Assembly (NCBI RefSeq): GCF_000219355.1
Contig: NC_015722.1
Coordinates: 360,001 to 392,000, forward strand
Reading direction: 5' to 3'
Length of the DNA: 32,000 bases
Source of the DNA: Candidatus Midichloria mitochondrii IricVA
GTDB lineage: Bacteria > Pseudomonadota > Alphaproteobacteria > Rickettsiales > Midichloriaceae
Shown here: positions 16,457-24,974 of the stretch, one piece after another
How positions within the stretch are numbered: the first letter of the stretch is position 1
Layout of the letters: every line of letters starts with the position of its first letter
Notes under the pieces: generated by a model
Databases searched by the model: none
Told to the model about the DNA's origin: nothing
What the model saw: only the letters and a program-made list of their open reading frames with translations
Program-made: the position numbers and the translations under genes

Positions 16457-17650
16457 ATGAAGGGCGATACTTCCTTAAGAATAAATTGGGTCACAACAAG
16501 CGTACTGATTTTTTATCCTTTGCTTCTTATAATTGCAGCAATAATTTATTGTGATCGATATGGCACTGGTTGGTTCGAGTGGGGAATGGCAATAGCTGCT
16601 CACTATGTTTACAATATATCGGTAGGGATAGGGTTACATAGACTCTGGGCGCATAGCGCCTATAAAACAAATAAATTTGTAGAATTCATATTAATGATAA
16701 TTTCTAGTGGTACTCTGCAAGGTCCCGCTATAGCTTGGGCTTCCGATCATGCATTACATCACACCTATATGGATGAGGAATTAGATCCTCACTCTCCTTT
16801 AAAATTTAAAAATAAACTAAAAGGCTTTCTTTGGTCACATATAGGGTGGATGTTATTTGAGGATATTTCTAAAAAGCATATAGATAAGGGAACAATGAGA
16901 CGCCTAGGCCGTAGTAGAATTTTGGTGTTCCAGTTGCGGCATTATTGGAAGCTAGCTTTAGGTATGAATTTAGTAGTGCCGTTTATTGTCGGGTATTTAA
17001 TTGGGGGCGATTTAAAATCTGCTGTTGCTGCATACATCTTTATAGGGCTCGGCCGTGCCTTTCAGCAGCAGATGACTTTTTGCGTGAATTCGCTAACTCA
17101 CGTTATAGGCAGCCAGCCATATTTGAACGGCACTCCTGGAGAAATTCCTTGGATGTTTTTCTTATTGCTTGGGGAGAATTGGCATAATTACCATCATGCA
17201 TTTGCTAGAGATTATAGAAATGGTTGGAAATGGCATCAATTAGATATACATAAGTGGATTATATACCTTATGAGTAAGGTAGGTTTAGCACACGATTTGG
17301 TTGTCACTCCAAAAGAGAGAATCCTTGCCAAGCAGGCAGAAGCAAAATTAGAGTTGACTGAATTAATGAAGGATAAGCTTTCAAGCATTGAAATAGGGGC
17401 AATTGGTATAGCTGATATGGCAAGGCAACAGATTAGGAATCTAGAGAAGGGTGCAAATATGATTGCTGATAGCATTAAGGTCAAACTAGTAAATCTTGAA
17501 GAGGCCGCGGAAAATTTATTGCATAGTATAAGGGGAAAGATGCAAAATTGTTCCTTTAAATCACAGGAAAAAGTTGTGAAAGCTGCCTTAAAGAAATTGG
17601 AAGAACTTGAAGTCGTAGCCTATAAGTTAGGTTTATCTAAAGCTTCTTGA
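16457..17650 (+). CDS. Membrane acyl-CoA/acyl-lipid delta-9 fatty acid desaturase with long C-terminal coiled-coil tail
   Basis: Three His boxes are present: HRLWAH, HALHHTYMDEELDPHSP and NWHNYHHAF. The ORF is open from a TTG at 16361; the first ATG is at 16457. Confidence 0.85.
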   Translation: MKGDTSLRINWVTTSVLIFYPLLLIIAAIIYCDRYGTGWFEWGMAIAAHYVYNISVGIGLHRLWAHSAYKTNKFVEFILMIISSGTLQGPAIAWASDHALHHTYMDEELDPHSPLKFKNKLKGFLWSHIGWMLFEDISKKHIDKGTMRRLGRSRILVFQLRHYWKLALGMNLVVPFIVGYLIGGDLKSAVAAYIFIGLGRAFQQQMTFCVNSLTHVIGSQPYLNGTPGEIPWMFFLLLGENWHNYHHAFARDYRNGWKWHQLDIHKWIIYLMSKVGLAHDLVVTPKERILAKQAEAKLELTELMKDKLSSIEIGAIGIADMARQQIRNLEKGANMIADSIKVKLVNLEEAAENLLHSIRGKMQNCSFKSQEKVVKAALKKLEELEVVAYKLGLSKAS

Positions 17651-17974
17651 TAGCTAGAGTTATCTCAGTAAGGGAGGAGCGCAGCATTAATGGAATTAGC
17701 CTTAAGGATTGGGTTTGATTCCAAACTTTAGGTGTGTGTTGCTTGTGAGTAAAGAGTTGAAAAGCTTCAGCAAAATGTCTCATTTTTGACTTATTCAAAC
17801 GCTTAGTTCGAAGTTCGGCTTTGCGCATGCTCGCACGCTTATGCAGCCTCTCCTCCTAAAGCTTTTGTCTCTAATTTAATCTGGGGGCCGGGCCATATTT
17901 ACCGTGGCAAATTCGCTTTATCTATAACTTTCTTGATACACATCTGCTGCTATCAACTCTTCAGGTCGACGGAG

Positions 17975-18189
17975 TATACTTCTTTAACTTGAAGAGTAGA
18001 AAAAATGGTTAGTAGTAATGGACTGAAAATTATCATTTAGCAAAGATGCCAATCTATCTTTATAATTAACCTCATGACATGCGCATCATCCTCTATCGAA
18101 TGCTGTATAAAGAGGGATTTATCTACATAAGCATAGTTGCCGATGATAAAATTTCTAAAGTCATCTCTGCCACTATGCCTATTTCTCAT
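17975..18189 (-). pseudogene. N-terminal fragment of an AAA-ATPase-like (PF09820-type, usually fused to a PD-(D/E)XK domain) gene
   Basis: The minus strand from ATG 18189 reads MRNRHSGRDDFRNFIIGNYAYVDKSLFIQHSIEDDAHVM. After a frame change it reads YKDRLASLLNDNFQ. Compare the family N-terminus as I recall it: ..G..DF..L...NY.YVDKT..I......RPRRFGKSLL. No long ORF remains. Confidence 0.45.
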
Positions 18190-18276
18190 GATTTTACACG
18201 CCTGAATAATTCTTGTGCCAGATTATATCGATGCCCAGATACAAGGCAGCTCTATTATTTGTCTTGCTAAGAAAAT

Positions 18277-19929
18277 TTAAAACCTACAATTTTTTTTGTC
18301 GTAAATTATAATCGTTTCTCCGATATAAATAGGGTTAGTGCATTGATTAATTTCTCTCAAAGCCGCTTGAGTGAGAAATTTAGGGACCACTTTAGCAATA
18401 GCCAAGTATTCATGAGTTCCAAATTCTACCTTGAACTCTTTTCTATTAGCTCCAAAAAGTATTTTATAGTGTTTGATGCCATAGCAGTCTGGGTGCACTA
18501 CATTGTAACTGTAAAAAACTGTTTTATCCATAATGTGGGCTGAACTTAAATAGTCTGCTAACTTTTTAGCATCTTGGCCTATGTCAAAATCCCCTTCGAT
18601 CAAAATATCTTCAGGGGTACTCCCTGCCATAATATTAAAATATGATATATAGTCTTTATGGGCTATAGCGCTGGAAAGTAAGTATGAAAAAATTGCAGCT
18701 ATTATAGCGAGGTTGCTTGTAAGACTTTTAAAGTGGTGCCAACAATAATCTATAAAGTGGGCATTTGTTATACACATCAACATAAATGCGGGCAGCATAT
18801 GCCTTAAGCCAATATTAATGTTGGAAGCAGCGCCGATAGAATAAATTGATAAAATCAAGAGTAAAATCAAGATGGTTTGTTTATTGCTTAGCTCCATTGC
18901 AAGCCAAATACTGCCCATAAACACCAATAAAAAGGAGAGGGGAGTTTTAAAAAAGGTAGCGACGGGAAAGAAGTACCAGACTCCTTTAAAAAAAAGTATT
19001 TTGCCGAAGATGTAACCGAGGAAAGGTATTTGGTTACGCACTATTAATTCTCCTAATCCTCTAAAAAACTCTGGAAAGGGTAAAATGTTAAGGCCAAAGA
19101 CCTCCTCGGTTGAAAAGTGGTATGCGCTCCAAATTACTGTAAATGCGCTAAGTATTATGATCAGTCTATTTCTCCATTCTGATAATTGTAAGCCATAAAT
19201 TAATTTTTTGCTTTGTGAACCAAGGTACAATCCCGATACTGCGAAGCATAGCCAGAGAAAGATTATCGATGAGAATTTACTAATCGCAACTATACCAATC
19301 AATATACCCATAACTATGGAGTTCCTAGTAGTTGGCGCTTTTAGCCAAATTGGAATAAAATATAGGGCCCATATTAGAAATGCAGAACCAGCCATATCTG
19401 TGTTGATTATTATACAACTTGCAAGAATTATCGGCAGATTCGAATAAAAGAAAGTGGCCAAGCACGCGACTCTTGAATTGAATGCGCTGCGGCTCCATGC
19501 ATATACTCCTAATCCTCCAATTACAAAGAATATTAGCGAGCTAACTCTAGCTAAGATTACCCTTTCCGTGTATTCTAACTCATTTAGGCCGCAAAAAATA
19601 GCTTTGCCTTCTTCGATTCGGCCCTCGTATTCTTTCTTATAATCTTTTGGTAAGTTCGTTGAGCAGTACTTTGTATAAAAGTCTTGGCTTAGCCTTACAT
19701 TCTTGAAAATGTATAAAGGTAACGCCGATATGATTCTTGCTAAAGGCGGATGTAAGGCTTCTAGCTCGTATGTTTTATTCTCCAGCCATTCAAATCCTGT
19801 TGCTATATGTTGCAGTTCATCAATTGATACTGCGGTATCTTTGAATGATTCAAAAGCTCTGATTGTTCCAAAGCTTAAGAAGACTAGCGCAAGTAATAAA
19901 GGTAAACGTTTTTTAATTAAAAATACCAT
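18277..19929 (-). CDS. GT-C fold membrane glycosyltransferase (family 39/83, ArnT/PMT-like)
   Basis: 550 aa with about 12 TM segments. After TM1 comes a first periplasmic loop with an acidic motif (SIDELQHIATGFEW). The soluble C-terminal domain is about 130 aa. Confidence 0.65.
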   Translation of the reverse strand: MVFLIKKRLPLLLALVFLSFGTIRAFESFKDTAVSIDELQHIATGFEWLENKTYELEALHPPLARIISALPLYIFKNVRLSQDFYTKYCSTNLPKDYKKEYEGRIEEGKAIFCGLNELEYTERVILARVSSLIFFVIGGLGVYAWSRSAFNSRVACLATFFYSNLPIILASCIIINTDMAGSAFLIWALYFIPIWLKAPTTRNSIVMGILIGIVAISKFSSIIFLWLCFAVSGLYLGSQSKKLIYGLQLSEWRNRLIIILSAFTVIWSAYHFSTEEVFGLNILPFPEFFRGLGELIVRNQIPFLGYIFGKILFFKGVWYFFPVATFFKTPLSFLLVFMGSIWLAMELSNKQTILILLLILSIYSIGAASNINIGLRHMLPAFMLMCITNAHFIDYCWHHFKSLTSNLAIIAAIFSYLLSSAIAHKDYISYFNIMAGSTPEDILIEGDFDIGQDAKKLADYLSSAHIMDKTVFYSYNVVHPDCYGIKHYKILFGANRKEFKVEFGTHEYLAIAKVVPKFLTQAALREINQCTNPIYIGETIIIYDKKNCRF

Positions 19930-19991
19930 AAAATAAAATCTTGACTTATAGTGACTTTTTTATTACTCACTATCAACCATTAAAGTTTTTT

Positions 19992-20063
19992 GGCCGAGTA
20001 GCAAAGTGGTAATGCAATGGATTGCAAATCCCTCATGCGTCAGTTCGATTCTGACCTCGGCCT
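19992..20063 (+). tRNA. tRNA-Cys (anticodon GCA)
   Basis: Cloverleaf folded by hand. Acceptor GGCCGAG/CTCGGCC, anticodon loop TTGCAAA, T-arm GTCAG-TTCGATT-CTGAC, discriminator U73 (a Cys identity element). CCA is not encoded. Confidence 0.9.
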
Positions 20064-20240
20064 CACACAAATACCGTTCCAAAATACCTTAATATTCGTG
20101 TAATTAAATAATTATTTCGTTTTGTATACAAATTTCTTTTGCAAACAACTTAAATATGTTGTTTTATCTCCTTTAAGTAGAGTAAATTTAATTCTTAATA
20201 GAATATAAATTTTATCTGTGAACAATAAAGATAATTGGCT

Positions 20241-21848
20241 ATGGAGTTTTTGAAAAATCTCGGAACAAAGAAATTAGTAGCTTTTATAACGGCTGCTATT
20301 GTTCTTTTTATTTCAATAATAGTACTTATATTTAGTATATCTAAGCCGAATTTGGTGCCAATGTATACTTCGTTGACTCCAGAGGACACTAGCGCTATAG
20401 TTGCAAGGCTCCAGTCTACGTCAATTCCCTATAGTGTTGAATCTGATAGCGGACAGGTAAAGGTGCCAGCGGAGAAAGTTTTAGCTTTGAGGATGAGCTT
20501 GGCTCAAGAAGGTTTGCCTTCTTCTGGTCAAGTTGCTGGATATGAGCTCTTTGATAAATCCGATGCTTTTGGAACGTCACAATTTGTTTATAATATTAAC
20601 ATGGTAAGGGCGCTTGAAGGAGAATTAGCAAGGACCATTTCCAGTTTAAGTCCGATTGCCTCTGCAAGAGTTCATCTAGTTTTGCCCAAAAAAGAGTTAT
20701 TCTCTAAGAATGCTTCTACTCCTTCTGCTTCTATAGTGGTCAAAATGAAAGGAGCTCAGCAACTTAGCAAAGCGGAAATAGCTGCAATTGCTCATATAGT
20801 TGCTACTGCAGTTCCGGATTTGAAACTTGGTAATATTACCATAGTGGATGACAAAGGTAATCCTTTAAAGTTAAGCTCGGAGAATGGTGATTTTATGGCT
20901 GGTGGCATTATTGATAGCGCTACTGAGTATAAGATTAATATGGAAACCAGGTTAACTAAGATAATAGAAGATTTAGTTTCTAAATCGGTTGGTTTTGGTA
21001 AAGTTAAAGCTAATGTCTCTGCTGATATAGATTTTGATAGAGAAGTAATAAACTATGAAACATATGACCCAGAAGGACAGGTTATAAGATCACAGCGCAC
21101 TAGTTCGGAGAATGATAAAGATAATGAAAAAATGAAAGATGTTAGCGTTGCTAACAATATTCCAAATGGTAATCAGCAGGCTCAGTTTTTTGGAAAGGAA
21201 AAGGTGCGCTCTGATAATATAACAAATTATGAGATCTCCAAAAAAGTTGGTAATAAGATTAGTGAGCAAGGTCGCATAAAGAGCCTTTCAATTGCGGTTC
21301 TTGTTGATGGTGTGTATACCAAAGATGATAAGGGGCAACTTGTATATAGTGAACGTCCAGAGGAAGAGATGACTAAATTGAAGGCCCTGGTTACTTCCGC
21401 TGTTGGTCTTGATTTAAATAGAGGAGATAAGTTGGAATTAATTAATCTAAGATTCATTAATGAGATTGAGGATACTGGTGCAGATGAGGGATTCATGGCT
21501 TGGATTAAAGGAGACGCTAAGGGTCTAATCCAGACCTTAATCGTTGGAATTGTACTGATAATCATAGTTATTATGATTTCTAGAATAGTCATGGCCAAAT
21601 TAGCAAGTAGAGATCGGGATGAGGAAATGATTACAAGTTTAGAGGGTGCTGTGGCAGGAGCTGAGATGGGTACTGAAGCGAATAGAGATAATGCACAAGA
21701 GGGCGAAGAATCTACTGAGCCTAAGCCATTTGAGGTTGTCTCTGCCAATGGAGTAAAATATGCAAGTGTTGCTAAGTACTTAAATGATACGGTTGAAAAT
21801 CATTTAGATGAAGCGGTGGGGGTTATAAAAAATTGGTTATATAAATAA
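20241..21848 (+). CDS. fliF: Flagellar M-ring protein FliF
   Basis: About 535 aa. N-terminal TM, then the YscJ/FliF lipoprotein-like domain (PMYTSL...IVARLQSTSIPY...LRMSLAQEGLP), a second TM near the C-terminus and an acidic tail. The ORF is open from a TTG at 20235. Confidence 0.9.
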   Translation: MEFLKNLGTKKLVAFITAAIVLFISIIVLIFSISKPNLVPMYTSLTPEDTSAIVARLQSTSIPYSVESDSGQVKVPAEKVLALRMSLAQEGLPSSGQVAGYELFDKSDAFGTSQFVYNINMVRALEGELARTISSLSPIASARVHLVLPKKELFSKNASTPSASIVVKMKGAQQLSKAEIAAIAHIVATAVPDLKLGNITIVDDKGNPLKLSSENGDFMAGGIIDSATEYKINMETRLTKIIEDLVSKSVGFGKVKANVSADIDFDREVINYETYDPEGQVIRSQRTSSENDKDNEKMKDVSVANNIPNGNQQAQFFGKEKVRSDNITNYEISKKVGNKISEQGRIKSLSIAVLVDGVYTKDDKGQLVYSERPEEEMTKLKALVTSAVGLDLNRGDKLELINLRFINEIEDTGADEGFMAWIKGDAKGLIQTLIVGIVLIIIVIMISRIVMAKLASRDRDEEMITSLEGAVAGAEMGTEANRDNAQEGEESTEPKPFEVVSANGVKYASVAKYLNDTVENHLDEAVGVIKNWLYK

Positions 21849-22852
21849 TGGAGTTTATGAAGGCGAAGTTAAGTGGAACAGATAAAGCAGCAATATTATT
21901 GCTGTCTTTAGATACTGATATAGCAGCAAGACTGATTCAGGCTCTTGAGGATTCTGAGGTACAGGAAATTTCTCAAGCTATGGCTAATTTAGGCAAAATT
22001 CCATCAGAAGTTACTGAGCAGATTGTTATTGAGTTTGCTCATCAAATGAACGAAACTCTTGCAGTTATAGGAAATTTTACCAGCACAGAGAAATTCTTAC
22101 GCAAAGTGTTAAGCGATGATAAGGTCAATATGATTATTGAGGAGATCAGAGGACCTATCGGTAAAAATGTTTGGGATAAGTTGAATAAAGTCCAACCACG
22201 CATATTAGCTAATTTCTTGAAAAATGAACACCCGCAGACAGCGGCATTAATTATTAGTAAACTGCAGTCTTTTACTGGAGCTAAGGTGCTTTCAATATTG
22301 AATTCTGAATTTGTAAGTGAAATCTTAACCAGGATTTTATCTATGGAAACAGTGAAAAAGGAAGTATTGGATAACGTTGAGAAAACAATAAGACACCATT
22401 TTATTGGTGACGTTTCTAAAATTAACCAAAACGACAATAATTATATAGTAGCTGAAATTTTTAATAACTTAGATAGAAGCAATGAAGAAAGGATGATGTC
22501 AATCCTTGAAAGGCAAAGTCATGAAGTTGCTAGCAAAGTCCGTAAATTAATGTTTACTTTTGATGATTTGGTCAAGATTGAATCAAGCGGAATTCAAGAA
22601 CTAATTAAAATTCTGGATAAAAGCCAGCTTGCTCTAGCGCTTAAAGAATCCTCTGATGCTATTAGGCAATTAATTTCAGCTAATATGTCACAAAGAGTGT
22701 ATAAACTTTTGCTAGAGGAAATAGATAGTCTGGGGGAGGTCAAGGCAAAAGATATTGATGAAGCTAGGTCTTATATTGTTCGTACTGCAAAAGATATGAT
22801 AAGAGAAGGATATATTGGCTTGGTTGAAGTTGAGGAAGAAGAGATGGTATGA
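21848..22852 (+). CDS. fliG: Flagellar motor switch protein FliG
   Basis: 334 aa. Motifs LSGTDKAAILLLSL, HPQTAALIISKL, MFTFDDL and the C-terminal torque helix region. ATAATG overlap with fliF. Confidence 0.9.
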   Translation: MEFMKAKLSGTDKAAILLLSLDTDIAARLIQALEDSEVQEISQAMANLGKIPSEVTEQIVIEFAHQMNETLAVIGNFTSTEKFLRKVLSDDKVNMIIEEIRGPIGKNVWDKLNKVQPRILANFLKNEHPQTAALIISKLQSFTGAKVLSILNSEFVSEILTRILSMETVKKEVLDNVEKTIRHHFIGDVSKINQNDNNYIVAEIFNNLDRSNEERMMSILERQSHEVASKVRKLMFTFDDLVKIESSGIQELIKILDKSQLALALKESSDAIRQLISANMSQRVYKLLLEEIDSLGEVKAKDIDEARSYIVRTAKDMIREGYIGLVEVEEEEMV

Positions 22853-22862
22853 GGTATTTTTT

Positions 22863-23558
22863 ATGAAAATAGAGCAATATCCTATATTAGATTTATCAAA
22901 GTTAGAACTTGTGGAAACAGAAGCCATACCAAAATCCCAGAAAGCTGAAATAGAGATTACGGAGACAAAAGAAGAAACAGCTACCCTAGACGTTGCGGTA
23001 ATTAAACGAGAAGCCTTTCTTTCAGGTAAGAATGAAGCTATGAAAGAGGTTGAATCTCAAAAGGCGATATATGATCAAAATTTATTGTCGATTATAAACT
23101 CTTTAAAGGAAAAATTTAATGGATTAAGCTCTGAACTACAAAATAGGCAAGAACTTCTAATAAATGATAGCATTGAGTTATGTATGACTATTGCAAAAAA
23201 AATAATCGAAAAATCTGTGGAAAACACCGGGCTCGATTTGATAAAAAGTTTTTTAGCTGATCAATTACCTAAGCTTTATTCTGAGAATCTAATTACCATA
23301 AAGGTTGCTCCTGAATACGTCGAAGATATAAGGCAATATATTGAGGAAGTAATACATAGAAAGAACCATACTATGGAAGTTGATATCGTTTTTGATGAGG
23401 CAATAAGTCCTGGTGACTGTGCTATTGAAGTCGATGGTAGTAAGATTAGTAGGGATTGGAGTAAATTATTAATTCAATTGGATAGATTGTTGAGCAATTA
23501 TTATGCAAAAAATCTAGACAGCGAGGGTTATATAACTCATTCTATAAGTAATAATTAA
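22863..23558 (+). CDS. fliH: Flagellar assembly/export protein FliH
   Basis: 231 aa from ATG 22863 (ORF open from 22815). Charged coiled-coil N-half and a FliH/YscL-like C-half. Sits between fliG and fliN. Confidence 0.6.
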   Translation: MKIEQYPILDLSKLELVETEAIPKSQKAEIEITETKEETATLDVAVIKREAFLSGKNEAMKEVESQKAIYDQNLLSIINSLKEKFNGLSSELQNRQELLINDSIELCMTIAKKIIEKSVENTGLDLIKSFLADQLPKLYSENLITIKVAPEYVEDIRQYIEEVIHRKNHTMEVDIVFDEAISPGDCAIEVDGSKISRDWSKLLIQLDRLLSNYYAKNLDSEGYITHSISNN

Positions 23559-23574
23559 AAAAGAGAGTTTAAAA

Positions 23575-23859
23575 ATGCAAGATAATGAAAAAGAAAAAAA
23601 TATTACCCAAGAAATTAATTTGCAAGCGGTATATGATATCCCTTTGCAAGTGCGAGTCGTTCTTGGGAGTACTGATTTAAAATTAAATCAAATACTGAAA
23701 TTAAGCAAAGGAGAAGTAGTTGAGTTAGATAAAAAAGTTGGTGATCCAGTAGATCTATTCGTTGGTGATAGATTGGTTGCAAAAGGAGAGATAGTGCTAG
23801 TTGATAATAAAGTTGGGGTGACATTGACGGAGCTTGCCAAATCAGAACAATTGTCTTAA
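23575..23859 (+). CDS. fliN: Flagellar motor switch protein FliN (SpoA domain)
   Basis: 94 aa. The stretch VRVVLGSTDLKLNQILKLSKGEVVELDKKVGDPVDLFVGDRLVAKGEIVLVDNKVGVTLTEL is a canonical SpoA/FliN domain. Confidence 0.85.
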   Translation: MQDNEKEKNITQEINLQAVYDIPLQVRVVLGSTDLKLNQILKLSKGEVVELDKKVGDPVDLFVGDRLVAKGEIVLVDNKVGVTLTELAKSEQLS

Positions 23860-23892
23860 AAGACTGACGGTGCTTATTATTAGAGTTAAATA

Positions 23893-24885
23893 GTGGTTTG
23901 GATAACAGAGAAATCTGACGGTAATGCTGAGATAATAAATCTTTTGGATACTAGCTCTGGCCCCTTTTCTATAGGTCCCTCAGTTGTCGGCCTTGGAAAT
24001 TTTGATGGAGTTCATTTAGGGCATCAAGAAATAGTAAAGAACTGTGTCTATTTTGCTAAAATCTTAGGTGCTAAGCCTGTTGTTGTTTCCTTTCTGCCTC
24101 ATCCGGTCTCGCTTATAAGACCTGAGTCGTATTTAGGCCTTATTGAGTCTTACGAAGATAAAGTAAATAAATTGTTAAATTTGGGTATTGCAAATGTTAT
24201 CAGCCTAAAATTTGATCAAGCTTTTGCTAAGCTTCCAGCTCATGAATTCATAAATTTATTATTTAAAAAATTTAATCCTAAAAAAATTATTACTGGAAGC
24301 AACTTTTTTTATGGCCATAAAAAAAGTGGTAATGTATCAACGCTGCATTTAGAGGCTTCTACATATGGTTTTTCTTATACCCCAATTCAACAGGTGTTTT
24401 TTGAGGGTATGGCTATTTCTTCTTCATTGGTAAGGGATGCCTTAAGCAAAGGTTTTATCGAAAAGGTGAAGAAGCTACTGGGAGATGCTAACTATAGTTT
24501 AAGTGGTACGGTAACTAAAGGCAGCCAAATTGCTAGTAGCAAGTTAGAAATTCCCACAGCTAATTTCGCTTGGCCTGCTGAGCTCTTTCAGGTGAAAGCA
24601 GGAGTTTACCTAAGTAAAGTCTATGTGGCAGATAACGTATTTTATTTTGGATTAACTCATATAGGGCATAGACCCTCTTTAACTGAGAATAATAGAGTTT
24701 GGGTTGAAACTCATCTTTTTGATTTTAAAGGAGATTTATATGGAGTCACGATTAAAATTGAGTTGCTTTCTTTTTTAAGACCAGAAAGGAAATTTGCTAG
24801 CTTAGAAACTCTGAAAGCCCAAATTGATGCTGATATAAGGCTGGCTAGACATCTGATAAATTTTGGCTTGGAAAGGGTGGTATAA
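23893..24885 (+). CDS. ribF: Bifunctional riboflavin kinase / FMN adenylyltransferase
   Basis: 330 aa with a GTG start. GNFDGVHLGHQ nucleotidyltransferase motif, and a C-terminal riboflavin kinase domain (PTANF...GVY...ETHLFDF.GDLYG). Confidence 0.9.
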   Translation: MVWITEKSDGNAEIINLLDTSSGPFSIGPSVVGLGNFDGVHLGHQEIVKNCVYFAKILGAKPVVVSFLPHPVSLIRPESYLGLIESYEDKVNKLLNLGIANVISLKFDQAFAKLPAHEFINLLFKKFNPKKIITGSNFFYGHKKSGNVSTLHLEASTYGFSYTPIQQVFFEGMAISSSLVRDALSKGFIEKVKKLLGDANYSLSGTVTKGSQIASSKLEIPTANFAWPAELFQVKAGVYLSKVYVADNVFYFGLTHIGHRPSLTENNRVWVETHLFDFKGDLYGVTIKIELLSFLRPERKFASLETLKAQIDADIRLARHLINFGLERVV

Positions 24886-24974
24886 TTAATCTGCGCAATC
24901 GGTGTTATTGCTTCAGGGTAGGTATTTTATACAAATTTCAGCGGATTATAACTCTTTTTTAAGCTTTCTGTAGC

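Noticed and set aside
18079-18270. 63-aa plus-strand ORF, plus the 63-aa minus-strand ORF at 17637-17828.
   Set aside because: The first is antisense to the AAA-ATPase-like N-terminal fragment. The second has no recognisable motif and sits in the same decayed tract. Neither is supported as a gene.
20064-20240. Sigma-54 (TGGCAC-N5-TTGCW) or sigma-28 promoter upstream of fliF, expected because rpoN is nearby.
   Set aside because: The only TTGCA (tcttttgcaaa) lacks a GG dinucleotide 10 nt upstream. Other TGGCA occurrences in the window (for example 1977, 16563, 17907) lack a correctly spaced GC. None is reportable.
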